Origin: Octopus vulgaris
Taxonomy: Eukaryota
Assembly: GCA_951406725.2 (NCBI GenBank)
Contig: OX597830.1
Span: forward strand, 68,572,001 to 68,636,000
DNA: 64,000 nt
Direction of reading: 5' to 3'
Shown here: one piece after another, positions 39,161-51,735 of the stretch
How positions within the stretch are numbered: the first letter of the stretch is position 1
Layout: each line of letters begins with the position of its first letter
Made by a program: the position numbers and the translations under genes
Notes under the pieces: model-generated
Seen by the model: only the letters and a program-made list of their open reading frames with translations
Told to the model about the DNA's origin: nothing
Database searches by the model: none

Positions 39161-39434
39161 TATAAAAAAGTAAAAGAATCAAAAGGAAGAGTAAGTACAA
39201 TTAGGCAGCTTTTTAATCACTGCAAATGTTTCCTCGTATATACGGAGACAGCAACTGAGTATCACCTGATGAGATACATATAGATCTTCTTATACAGGTA
39301 AATTGTTACATAATTTAATTTACATTTGCCTTTAAATCCTGTATATACAAGGATATGTATGTATCAAAACATTTGCAGTGATTAGAAAGCTGCCTAACAG
39401 CACTTGCTCTTCCTTTTGACTCTTTTACTTTATA
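39161..39434. mobile_element. Foldback element with ~70-bp inverted arms enclosing a hammerhead-like motif
   Basis: 39161-39231 is the inverse of 39367-39434. Confidence 0.8.
39261..39382 (+). ncRNA. Degenerate type I hammerhead-like motif
   Basis: AUCAC/GUGAU stem I, CUGAUGA, long stem II GAUACAUA../..UAUGUAUC, AAAA for GAAA, CA for UH. Confidence 0.55.
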
Positions 39435-40149
39435 CTTTTTATTTTCACACACAAAGAATACTTAAGACTAGAATTGGTAGCATATCATAAGAATACTACC
39501 AACTATTTGGGAATTCTAAGGGTGAACGAGTTCTATTTGTACTCTTATACATTCTTATCAGAACACACCTCAACTATAAATATATATGTATATCCAGACC
39601 GGGTCTCATGCTGGTGGCACATAAAAAGTACCAACCAATCATGACTGGTGCCAGTACCCACTGACTGGCTTCCTGTGCCAGTGGGCATGTAAAAAAACAC
39701 CCACTACACTCTCAGAGTTGTTGGCGTTAGGAAGGGCATCCAGCTGTAGAAAGAACAGATTGGAGCCTGGTGCAGCCACTGGCTCTCCAGACCTCAATGA
39801 AACCATCCAACCCATGCCACTATGGAAAATGGACATTAATCGATGATGATGATGATACACATATCTATGATATTATTATTTACTCTTGCTTACTTCAATT
39901 CATGCTTATAATAATTAAAATAATTTAAATGATCTTATAAGCTTGTCCTGCCTTAGTTACGTTTTCCACTTCCTTTAATTTATACCCTCTGACTTGGAAG
40001 TAGGCTACAGACCCCCAACTCCTGCACCTGTTGTGAATTTGGATCCTAGTATCTTATCAGCTGGAACACTCATATAGCTTACCAATTAGTTTAGATCATC
40101 TGTGGTCTGAACCCTTCCTATTCTGTATATATATGTATATATACAAGTG

Positions 40150-40490
40150 CCATGTGAAAATTTCTGAGAGATTTCATCAAAAGAGCCTCAAACATATCTT
40201 GGGAGTCAAGTGAGAATGTTTCATACCAGATACCAGATGTATGAATGTTGTAGCTCAATTGAACACGATGTTATCTTAGCTCAAATGAGATGGATTTCAC
40301 ATGTTATTAGAAAGAAAGATGAGCAATTGCCAAAGCATCTTTTTTATGGTGAACTCAGTCTGGTAAGTGATCACAACATAAGCTGTGGAAAAGGTATAAA
40401 GACTATGTCAAGGATAACCTGAAGAAACTAGATATGAACAAACGTGATTGGGAAACTGATGCTCTAGCTTGGAACAAGTGGAGATCCTTC
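40150..40490 (+). mobile_element. RTE-clade LINE fragment
   Basis: QMRWISHVIRKKDEQLPKHLFYGEL..RYKDYVKDNLK. Confidence 0.75.
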
Positions 40491-40894
40491 GAGAGGGGAG
40501 GTGGCATTGGGGGAGGTGATCTTGTGTCAGATGGTGAAAGGTTTGACTGTGACAGAGAGACAGCAATAGCTGTCTTGCTGTAGAGGAGATACATGGTTAA
40601 CCACTCCAAGGGATAATGCAAGAGGAAGAGAGAGTGGAAGAGAGCAAGAGAAAGTGGGAGAGTAGAAGAGAGCAGGAAAGAGTTGGTGGTGAAGTGCCAG
40701 GGAAGACTCACAAGGAACAGGGACCAGAATATAAATGGGATGGTTGAGAAGAGCCAGGGTGAGTCTAGTGATGGCAAAGTGGAATACCCTCAATATATCA
40801 CTTCATTTCACGGGTACCATCCACTCTCAGTGATCAGCTGTTTTCATTCATACGCATCACATGTCCAAACCAATATACACTTCTTTCATCTCTT

Positions 40895-41250
40895 CCTCAG
40901 CAGTATTGCCCAACATTTCCATTTAAGTCACCAGCAGTGATAATCTGGACCTCAGCCTTATTGTACAATATGTCCATGAAAATAACCACAGTGAAAATCT
41001 AGTTCTCATCAGTATTGGCCAACATGTCCATTAAAATCACCAACTGTGAAACTCTTGTCTTCAGCATTATTACCCCACTTCTCCATTAAAATCACCAGTT
41101 GCAATAATCTGATCCTCAGCTGTATTGCCCAACATGTTCACTAAAATTATCAGCTATGATAATTTGGTCCACAGTAGCCTTGCTCAGCATTACCATTAAT
41201 ATTACCATCTGTCAGAATCTGGTCCTCTGCATTTCTTAGCAGCATGTTAG
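40895..41250. repeat. Diverged 55-bp minisatellite, ~6.5 copies
   Basis: Unit starts at 40898, 40953, 41007, 41062, 41117, 41172, 41227. Confidence 0.85.
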
Positions 41251-43174
41251 TCTGTTGGAGGGTCTTCTAAAATGTACCCTGTTTATCTGTCAGTCCTGAG
41301 TGAGGTGTTATTATTATTGTTTTGTATATAATTAATTTAAGTTTACTTATTTTATCATACTCTCTGATCACCTCAGTTATCTTATCTATCCGTATCTCTG
41401 TTAAGCGTTTTCCAATTTCAGTCACTCAGAAAAATGTAAACTTTTGCTCATTATTTATGAGGTATCTGACTAAGAATTCTGTCCATCTTGATTTTTGAAT
41501 TCCAGCCAACATCTGCTTGTTAGTATTCAGCATCCCCAATCTCGCTACACCTACCTGTTATTGTACCGACTTTAAATAGTGGCAACCCTGAAGTCTAGAG
41601 CCTGACAAGGAGAGGGAATGGCTTCAGTCATCATGATCATTTTGCATTGCTTACTATGCTGGCTTATGTTGGACAGGCCATCATGGCCTAAATCAGTTCT
41701 TATTTTGAGTTACCATATTTTCCAGTATATAAGATCTTTTGTTTTATTTTTAAACATATCAAAAGATGTCCTGCATCTTATATGGCCATATTACAGATGG
41801 AAGACCAAGTGTTGTAGTGTGGGGAACTGGATAAGCATAAATCCAGTAAGCACAATAATTGTTGCCAATAATATAATATTGGAAACAAGCCAAATTATCA
41901 TAGTGTGTTAGCACAAAGTTATGAATAATTGCTGACAGGAGGTCTCACCATCTCATTATACCTCTTTCCCAAGAATACATAACCCACACCTGACATGTGT
42001 CTTACATAATTTAAAAACTGTGTTACATTTAAGGAACATTTTTTTAATTATCTAAATGAAACTTCTTGAAGAAAGTTGAAAGGAATATTAACCTTTGTTC
42101 CACTGGTCAGCTATTTACAGTGAGTGGATGGAAACAAATCTATAGTGGTCACCAATCATGGTAACAAAAATCACCATAACCTAAAATATATGTTTCATAT
42201 GTCAGGTAATTCTGTACGGCAGTTCTCTTGACCAAAATGTAAACAACTACACAGTCGATCGAAAGAAGGTGGAGTGCAAATATGGTATTCATATAGCGTA
42301 GTTCATATATGATAAACTTATGGTTTCATACCATAGTCTAGTAAACTGTCACAGCATTGTATTCATATGCACAGAATCATAGTTTTCCCCAAACAAAACC
42401 ACTTTAAAATATCTTTCTGTAAGCGTATGATGAAACATACAGAATTTGTTTGTTTTTTATCAAAATATACTTGTAAAGTAGGGGTGTGTCTTATGCGAGA
42501 GTGCATGTTATATGCTGGTAGATGCAGTACATAGAGGTTGTTGGTAAAGAGGTAAAATGAAAAAGTAGCATAAGTGAAGTGATGGGCAAGTGAAAGTAAG
42601 TGGGGAAACAAAGTGATACAGAAAGAGAAATGGAAGTGTAAGAACACTTAATGTTATAGAAGAGTAATGTAGGAGTGAGTAAATGAGAGAGAAAGAGAGA
42701 GGGTGGACTGAAAGCTAGTAATAAAGATATATGAGGGTAAGAGAGAGAGAAAATAATGTATGTCACTGTATATTGAATAAAATCGCCACCCAAGCACACA
42801 CAGACAAAATTTTATGTTCACTTTCCATGCTGGCATAGGTTGAACTGATCGCTGTCCACATTAACTCTTATTTCAAGATACTACTTATTGAGAGAGGTGA
42901 AGGACCACATCTTGCTTATATGCTCTATTTTTGGTTTGGTTTCCACAGTTAAACATCCTTCCTAACAGCAACTACTTTTCAGTGAGTACAGGAAGCATTT
43001 TATCCTGGCACCACAACTACAGAGATAGTTACAACCAGAAGAAGGGTAAAGAGTCCTCTCAACTCCATATCTCTGTCCATTCATCAACTACTCTAGAAAG
43101 TATTCATTTACTGAACACTACATGGCTGAGAAGATGAATGGAAGTGACAGCAATGGTAGAAGAAGAACCAAGAT

Positions 43175-43205
<31 letters not shown>

Positions 43206-43797
43206 CAATGTGTGATGGCAGAAAGAGAGTTTGGTAGAAAGCGTGAGAAAGTAATTGATAGTGGTAGACATGGATAAATGGTAGGAATGAATGATGGTAA
43301 AGGAAGTTTATTAGGAGTAATGTATGCCTGCTAATCTATGTATATCTCATACAAATTGGGATTCAATCTTTATGTAAATAAATTTAATTTTAACATAAAC
43401 AAAAATTTATCGTTTTCAAAGTGGTCTGTTAGTCACAATGCAATACATGTCAACCTAATTATATATTTTCAGAAAGTTGTTTGAGAAGTCCGTTTGTAAA
43501 ACAGCCATATGTAACATTTCTCAGAGTGTTTTGCAATCAGGTAGCCTTATCAAAAGGCTTTCATTATTTAGTTTTATATCTCACTCAGCAATTTTTGATG
43601 CATTGTTTGATGAAGCTTCAGCACCTATACTGGTTTTAGGCCTACCTCTCCATATTAACCAAGTACATATTAGACAGGGTACTCCCTCGATTAAAGGATT
43701 AGACTACATTTTGGCACCTTCTGCTTCTTACTCTCTGAAAATGATTGCATGGATTTAATGTTTTAACTAACAGTATTTACTTTTTTGATTCTTGCAG

Positions 43798-43815
43798 ATT
43801 TTAGTTGGAGACTTT
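43798..43815 (+). CDS. Candidate 18-nt in-frame TRPM microexon (ILVGDF)
   Basis: ctaac branch-like motif, ttttttgattcttgcag acceptor, gtaagt donor, phase 0-0 inside a phase 0 intron; no transcript evidence. Confidence 0.35.
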
Positions 43816-44079
43816 GTAAGTATTAATCCTTTGAAAATCTGATCCCATCATAAATGGTCGTAAGTATATTTACATAATATATAAAAAGCTATAAGGTAAA
43901 CTTACAAGTATGTGTTCTTAGTTGACGCATACTTTAAACTATAATGTGAAACAGAGTTCATAAGTTTAAGCTTCATGCTTTTATCTTTGTTATCAGAAAA
44001 GATATTTGACCAACTTCAACATTTGCTTACACTTCATCAAAGAGGTTTTACTACTTTACTTAACCACTAAAAATACTCT

Positions 44080-44467
44080 CTTTTACTCTTTTACTTGTTT
44101 CAGTCATCTGACTGTGGTCATGCTGGAGCACCGCCTTTAGTCGAGCAAATTGACCCCAGGACTTATTCTTTGTAAGCCTAGTGCTTACTCTATCGGTCTC
44201 TTTTGCCAAACTGCTAAGTTACAGGGGCGTAAACACACCACCATCGGTTGTCAAGCGATGTTGGGGGAACAAACATAGACACACAAACATATACACGCAC
44301 ATATATATATATATACATATATACGACGGGCATTCTTTCAGTTTCCATCTACCAAATCAAATTCACAAGGCTTTGGTCGGCCCAAGGCTATAGTAGAAGA
44401 CACTTGCCCATAGTGTCACACAGTGGGAATGAACCCAGAACCATGTGGTTGGTAAGCAAGCTACTTT
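44080..44467 (-). mobile_element. tRNA-derived SINE, family A, head clipped at the Tx1 junction
   Basis: Matches 56918-57360 except for the first ~15 nt of the head. Confidence 0.88.
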
Positions 44468-46696
44468 ATTTCAATAAATTTGCCATGTAGGCATAATACA
44501 GAGGGGACAAACAAGGACAGACAAACATAGAATGGTGAAGTTGCTTAAAGCGTTGTTATGAATCGATTAAAAAAATGAAAAAAGTGAAAATTAAAAATAA
44601 AATAAAATACATTGCGTTATGCAATGTGACACCGAAGGAAAGGCATCTGACATCAGAGTAGGGCCTTTGCTTTTCTTCCAGGGCTCCACTTACTTGGTGC
44701 CAATCACTCCCAGCTTTCTTACCACAGGCTTCCATCTCTTCTTGAATTTCTCACGTGACAGGTACTGCTTCTCCAGCCTGATCTTGCTGCTGAGGTGGTA
44801 ACTAAAAATGTTGGCCAACCCCTGGCCGGATACAAAGGTATCCGTCACAATCCCTTTCACATGTGTCTTCCATACTGTTTCTTTTAAATTGGCTACCACA
44901 CAGTAAAAACAGGCCTTCCTTTCCCCGCTAAGGGAAGAAGGCGGCACAATCTCGATGATGGACTCAGCTGATAGTTGTACTCTTCCCATCGATGACAACA
45001 GTTGTTCTTTGAAAACTATCAATCCCGATAATTCCGGACATCCCACGAATGCATGCAAGATGGTTTCCCTGTCCTGCCCACACCTCGGACATGACGGCAA
45101 GACAGCACTTCCATACCTTGACAGCTTATCACAAACTGGTAACACTACACAGAAGCACTGTCAAGCTAGGGATTTCTGGTAATTATCCTCCTGAACAGGT
45201 TGATCTACTGATTTTCATCATAGCCCAGGGTCTCCCCCAAGATGTCTTCAGACATGAATCCCACTAACTTGCTATAAAAATCCGCGGTGGAACTTCTGTT
45301 GCCGGTATTGCCCACCCGAGAGAGTAGCTAAAGTGCCTGTCGGCACTCCAGTTGCCAATCCTCCAGCCTAGGTCTCTGCTTGATCCATGTACCAATGTCC
45401 GTTAAGGATGTTAACCTTGGAAGGTAGAACCAGACATGCGGTGACCACACCTGTTCTCCATCCAGGTAAAGCCAGAGGTGCCTCAGCCTTAACGCAAATT
45501 TTCGCATCCTCAGCCAAGGTATCCCTAGCCCACCCTTTAGTGGCTTCTGGCAACAGACAGTGCTTCACAAGAGGCTTTTCTCCTTTCCACAGAAAGTGGA
45601 AAAGAATTCTCTCCAACTTGTTCAGCCACAAATCAGGGCAAGGCACCATGGTCAGACGGTAGGTGTTAACAGATGCTATAAACATCTGCACTACCTCTGC
45701 CTTCCCTAGCAAGGATAACGCCTGCCCAGATGAAGTCTGGGTTATAGCAGTCACTTTACTGGCTACCTCACTCCAATTTTTCTCTATCTGGCGGTTTGAT
45801 CCAAACCAGACCGAAGCAGCTTAACAGGACCTTCCATCCAACACCCTCCAACGTTATTGGACGTCATCAGCTTGCCTCTCCAAGTGCCAAGTTGCAAACC
45901 GACTGACTTGTCCTTGTGAACCTTTGTTCCTGCCATCACTTCATAACATTTTGATGGCCTCTTCCACCACTGGAAGCTGGCTCTCATACACCACAATGAT
46001 GGAGATATCATCCATATATGCCGTAGCTCCACCTCTGCACCAGAGATCATTTGGTGCACCTCCTAGTGCTTCCAACTTCTGCAGCAATTGCTCAAGAGCC
46101 AGTACATACAAAAGCGGAGACAGGGGACACCCCGGACACACTGACCGTTCGATCCTGAATGGTTTCGAGAAGAATCTATTTACTTTGACTGCAGACTCGA
46201 TGTCACTGTACAAAGCAGCAATCCAACCACGGATGGTCGGGCCTAGGCCAGCCTTTTTGAGGACTGCCGCCAAGTACTGATGGTTGACCCTATCAAACAT
46301 TTTAGACTGGTCTAAATGTACCAGTGCCCCTCCTGTGCCAGAAAGATTCTTTACCCTCTCTAAGGTGTAGCGTAGAAGATGGAGATAGTTGCGGATTGAC
46401 CTGCCCGAGATGGCACAAGTTTGCGCCCTCCCTACAAGTCTGTCCATAACACGCGCCAACCTTTTTGCTAATACCTTGGCCAAAATCTTTAACTCTGTGT
46501 TTAGCAGAGTTTTGGTCCAGAAGTTACTAATCTCATCCCCCTTGTTCGGGTCCTTTCTCGTCAGCGTCACCACCCATTGGCTTGCAGACTTGGGAATTCT
46601 TCCATTCTGCTGCCAATTGGCGTAAACGCTGGCCAGCAGGTGCCTGAAGAAGTCTGGAGTACTCTTATCAAATTCATAGGCTAGACCATCAAGACC
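44468..46696 (-). mobile_element. 5'-truncated Tx1-like LINE (RT to 3' UTR)
   Basis: LLNTELKILAKVLA, DQSKMFDRV, GCPLSPLLY, YMDD, CPRCGQDRETILHAFVGC. Confidence 0.92.
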
Positions 46697-46756
46697 CTGA
46701 GGAGTGAAAAGTACATACCACTGCTCTGATTACGAAATCACAGTGTGATATGCAGC
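46697..46756 (+). ncRNA. Hammerhead motif with intact CUGAGGA core but missing 5' strand of stem I
   Basis: CUGAGGA-GUGA..UUAC-GAA-AUCAC(AGU)GUGAU-A-UGCAGC. Confidence 0.65.
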
Positions 46757-46881
46757 TGAATTCTGTTTTTAAATAACTTGCTTTGAGAGTTGGTTTCGGT
46801 ACAATATGTTTATTTATTTTTGTAGTTTTGACTTTAAGAGTCCCTCCTAGCATGTGGCATTTATGTGTAATAATGCCTCTC

Positions 46882-46928
<47 letters not shown>

Positions 46929-47204
46929 TGGAAAAATTGATGGATTTTTTCTCTTATGAGGTTTTTCATGCTAACTACTTGATAAATTCTTATGAAGATT
47001 TTATCCTATTTTTAAATTGTAAATTTAACCAGAGTATATTCAATACTGAATTTTTATTCCGAATAAGCACGTTGTTACCGAAATGCAATTCGAAAAATCT
47101 TGCCATTTACATAGATGTATAAGGGGTGAACATTTCTACATGCTGCGTTGGATACGACAGTTGTTCGCCTGGTATGTTGTTTTTGTTCATTCATTATAAA
47201 TCCT

Positions 47205-47285
47205 GAATTATGCTTGCACCGAGGAGTGAAAAGTGCACACCTCTGCACTGATTACGAAATCACAGTGTGATATGCAGCTGAATTC
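47205..47285 (+). ncRNA. Type I hammerhead with full stems and U4C core variant
   Basis: Stem I GAAUU..GC.UGCA/UGCA.GC..AAUUC, CCGAGGA, stem II with AGUGCA/UGCACU hairpin, stem III AUCAC/GUGAU, AUA site at 47272. Confidence 0.75.
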
Positions 47286-47399
47286 TGTTTTTAAATGACT
47301 TGCTTCGAGAGTTGGTTTCGGTACGATATGTTTATTTATTTTAGTACTTTTGACTTTATGAGTCCCTCCTAGCATGTGGCATTTATGTGTAATAATGCA

Positions 47400-47453
<54 letters not shown>

Positions 47454-47829
47454 TGTTGTCTACTTTTATGCTTCCTTCCATCTGAAGTGGCTTTTTAAAC
47501 AAGACAATGTTCTGAAAAGACAACCCACATAGATTGCGTATATTTTGTTTAGACCACCAAAAGCTTCAGATAAGTTATGACCTTTGTGGATCTTAAAATG
47601 TCTTCTGAGGCCTCCGTTAAATTTGCAAACATCCTGCTATACATTGAATTCGAAGGTGTTCTCAGACATATAGGTAGAATAGTTGGTGGAAGTTCGTTTT
47701 GCATGGGTTCACAAATGAAATTTGATGCCAGCAAAGGAAAGGCAATGTCTGTCACAAACTATGCACACAGAAGGGTTATGGCCATTCACCTTCTTGATTG
47801 CAACATTATTCCTTGCATCTCTTTTGAGT

Positions 47830-49138
47830 CTTGCAATCATTATCCTGGACTCTTCAATTCTATAACTCTGCCTTAATCAAAGCGGGTTATACAGAAAAAA
47901 ATTTCTACATTGATTCTGCTCAGTCTAATTGTAAATTCAATAATGTAAATAAGATTTCTAGTCGTAAAAGAATTATTGATAACAAACATAACTTACGCAC
48001 GGATACAAAGCGAATGAAGGCAGATAACCCTTATTTAATCCCCTATTATCGATCTAAAAGTAAATATAACACCTTCAAAAGTAATTACGCTATGAATACT
48101 AGTAAAAATATTTGGTTAATAATTCCTTACGGGAGACAAATTAAATCTAATCTCCCACTGCTGTTTCGTCAAGCTATTGCTAGGAATTTTCCAAACAATT
48201 CTAGATATCACTCTATAATTAATTCACATAAGGTTAGGATAGGTTTTTCAAACACAAAAAAATCTCTTGCAAATTATCTCTTCACATAATAACAAACTGT
48301 TAAATATTAATACATTTACTAATACTAACATTAATTTAGCTAATACCATCCAACCCTCTAGAAATATTAATAACAAGGTTATTGTATCTGAAGTCAATTC
48401 CAATAGAATTAAATTTATGTCAAGTAACTCTAAGATTAAAAATTCTATATACCAGTGTATAATCAGTACTCATAATAAAGTACGATATTACATTGGAAGC
48501 ACATCGTTAGAGTTATCTAAAAGAATTTCTATCCATTACTCAACATTTAGGGATAGAAATAAACGGAATAGTACCGGTCTCAGAAAACTGATTTGGGATT
48601 TAATAGACCACAATGAACAATTTCTTTTAGAATGGTTGATCCACTCAATTTCGATACCATATGACAAAGGCAAGAAATTCTGTCTTCTCTGCAATTCTGA
48701 GCTATTTTTCATTATTTTTTCTAAAAATACTCTACTAAACACGGTTATAGAACGAGCATACAGATGTAAGCATTGGCAGAAACATACATTTAGTGCATAT
48801 AAGTAGTCTATATCATTATATATAATTTAAACATTAATTTCCTTTATATTTAACATTCACTATTGGTATCCCTACTCTTTCTGTTAGCTACTTCTGACGT
48901 TATATCATATAACGTTTTTTTAAATAATATTAATAGCGTTCTGTCTATCGCTATACAAATCCATCATTTTTTGCTAAAATGTCATATTGACGAGTTTCGT
49001 TTTTTTCACTTTCCCGAAGAGAAGATTGCATTGTTTATACCATTTATTCTTTTGAATAGTATCAGTGGAATTTTCGAAACATGTGTAGAAAGTAAAAATA
49101 CTTGTTTAAACCTGCGTTAACTCCATTTTTTATTCATA
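47830..49138 (+). mobile_element. Penelope-like element (thumb remnant, linker, GIY-YIG, pLTR), frameshifted
   Basis: YNSALIKAGY; IWLIIPY; SIYQC..YYIG; CLLCNSE; CKHW; ends in (TA)n. Confidence 0.88.
49002..49098 (+). ncRNA. Type I hammerhead, U4C core variant
   Basis: Near-identical to 25350-25446 but with CCGAAGA core and GUA site. Confidence 0.75.
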
Positions 49139-49141
49139 TAT

Positions 49142-49237
<96 letters not shown>

Positions 49238-49349
49238 ATATATATATATATATCCATATATATATATATATATATATACATACATATACATTATATATAT
49301 ATATATTTTGTGCTGCATCCAAGAAGTAATGTGGGGAGGAAGTTCTGCT

Positions 49350-51212
49350 AGGTTCCTGACAGGCAAAGAACATTTGTATAAGGTTTTCTGGGCAGAGAAC
49401 ACTGATAGGGTTAGTGGTGTGTGTAAACTTCTTACAGAGAAATGGGTTGATAAGGTAATCGAGGTAGTCAGAGTCTGTGATTGAATACTTAAGCTTAGAT
49501 TAGTGCTGCAACATGGGATAGCAACCATTATCTCCACCTATGCCTCTCAGCTGGGGCTCCCTAATGAACAGAAAGACTGGTTTTATGACACCCTCTTGCT
49601 GACTACCTCATCGATGAATGACAGGGGCCTTCTCTTTGTGGCTGGCGACTTCAAGGGCATGCTGGACAACATGCTGGAACCTTCCATGGCATATATAGAG
49701 GCTATGGCTTTGGTTTTCGCAATGAGAAAGGAACCAGGCTGGTGGAGTTCTGCGATGCAAATGATTATCTGGTTTGCAATACTAACTTCGGGAAAACTGC
49801 CAGTCACCTATTCAACTATCAATGTGGTGTACACACTAGTCAAACTGACTACATCCTCACCACGAAATGGGAAAGATGGCTACTTATAAATGCCAAAATA
49901 TTCCCAGGTGAAGTATGATGTCACTAAGGTGAGGGTTGGCAACCAGTACAGTGAAGAATTCTGGGTAGAGGTAGGGGTCCACTAAGGATCAGTTCTCAGC
50001 CACCTCTTATTCATCATAGTCCTCCAGGCAATAACAGAGGAATTCAAGTCAGGATGCCCCTAGGAGCTTCTCTATGCTCAGTCTGTAGAAAATGCATAGG
50101 TAGAAGGTGTACCTGGTGTAAACTATGGACACATGAGAGGTGCAGCAATTTCAAAGAAAAGCTAACTGGGAAGATAGTTTTTGTGTGTGGCAAATGCTCA
50201 GGGGCAATAAACACTGAAAATGTTCAGGAAACAGCTTCCACTACGTGCCAAGTAGAAAACTACAAGTAGTTGATAGCTTCCGTTACCTAGGTTACCAAGT
50301 CAGCAGCAGGGGTGGATGCTCTGAAGGTGTAGCTGCTAGAATATGAATAGCCTAGGCAAAGTTCAGAGAGCTCCTACCTCTGCAGGTGACAAAGGGCCTC
50401 TTGCTCAGAGTAAAAGGTAGACTGTATGACGCATGAGTGCAAACAGCCATGCTACATGGCAGGAAACATGGGCCATGTCAGCTGAGGACATGTGTAAGTT
50501 TACAAGCAATGAATCTAATATGCTCTACTGGATGTGTAATATCAGTGTGCATGCACAACACAGTGTAAGTGCCTTGAGAGAAAAGTTGGACATAAGAAGC
50601 ATCAGATGTGGTGTGCAAGAGAGACGACTGTGCTGCTATGGTTATGTGTTGTGTATGGATGAGAACAGCTGTGCAAAAACGTGTCACACCCTAGCAGAAG
50701 AGGGAACCTGTGAAAGAGGTAGACCCAGCAAGACCTGAGATGAGGTGGTGAAGCATCACATACAAACGTTGGGCCTCACCATAGTGATGACAAGTGATCG
50801 AGACCTTTGGAGACATGCTGTACTTGAGAAGACCTGGCAAGCCAAGTGAGACTGTAACTGTCAACTATGCCAGTGTAGCATAACATGCCCATGTAAGAGT
50901 ACTCTTGAATTATTGGGCAATTAACTGCACTTGCAAAGACCTGTTGAGTCAAGTGAAGTCATCATCATGGCCAATGACAGTACCATCTGAATGGCTCCTG
51001 TGCCAGTGACCCATAAAACGCTCCATTCGAGCATGATTGCTGCCAGTCATGCCTGACTGGGTCCTGTGCTGGGGGCACGTAAAAAGCACCATTCAAATAT
51101 AGTTGATGCCAGGAGACTTGGTGCAGACTTCTGGCTTGCCAGTCCTCAGTCAAACCGTCCAACCCATGCCAGCATGAAACGTGGACATTTAACGTCGATG
51201 ATAATGATGATG
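49350..51212 (+). mobile_element. Deleted RTE-clade LINE (APE, RT with Cys-rich insert, 3' UTR)
   Basis: ISTYASQ, AGDF, GSVLS.LLF, FRYLG, GRPSKT and (GAT)n tail. Confidence 0.85.
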
Positions 51213-51226
51213 ATATTTTTCTATCC

Positions 51227-51285
<59 letters not shown>

Positions 51286-51289
51286 CATC

Positions 51290-51335
<46 letters not shown>

Positions 51336-51369
51336 TGTATGTATGTATGTATGTATGTATATAATAAGA

Positions 51370-51735
51370 GCAGGCATGGTTGTGTGGTGATAAGATTGCT
51401 TCTCAAGCACATGGTTCCAGGTTCAGTCTCACCACGTGGAAGCTTGGGTAAGAGTGTTCTACTAAAGCCTTGTGAGTGGATTTGGAAAATGGAAACTGAA
51501 AGAAGCCCGTATATATATATATATTCTTTTACTTGCTTCAATCATTTGACTGCAGCCATGCTGAAGCACCACCCTTAGTCGACCAAATCTACCCCAGGAC
51601 TTATTCTTTGTAAGTCTAGTACTTATTCTTTTGGTCGCTTTTGCCAACCACTAAGTTACAGGGATGTAAATACACCAGCATCGTTTGTCAGTTGATGTTG
51701 GGGGAGACAAACACAGACACACAAACATATTTACA
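51370..51735. mobile_element. SINE family A halves in opposite orientation
   Basis: Head on + strand (51370-51510), tail on - strand (51525-51735), separated by (TA)n. Confidence 0.75.

Larger units (their letters stand above)
46697..47449 (+). mobile_element. Partial tandem repeat (522-nt period) carrying two hammerhead motifs; pLTR- or retrozyme-like
   Basis: 46697-46880 is duplicated at 47219-47403; each copy ends in (TA)n. Confidence 0.85.

Noticed and set aside
49102-49537. YIYIYI, THTHTH and CVCVCV ORFs here and elsewhere
   Set aside because: Translations of dinucleotide and tetranucleotide microsatellites
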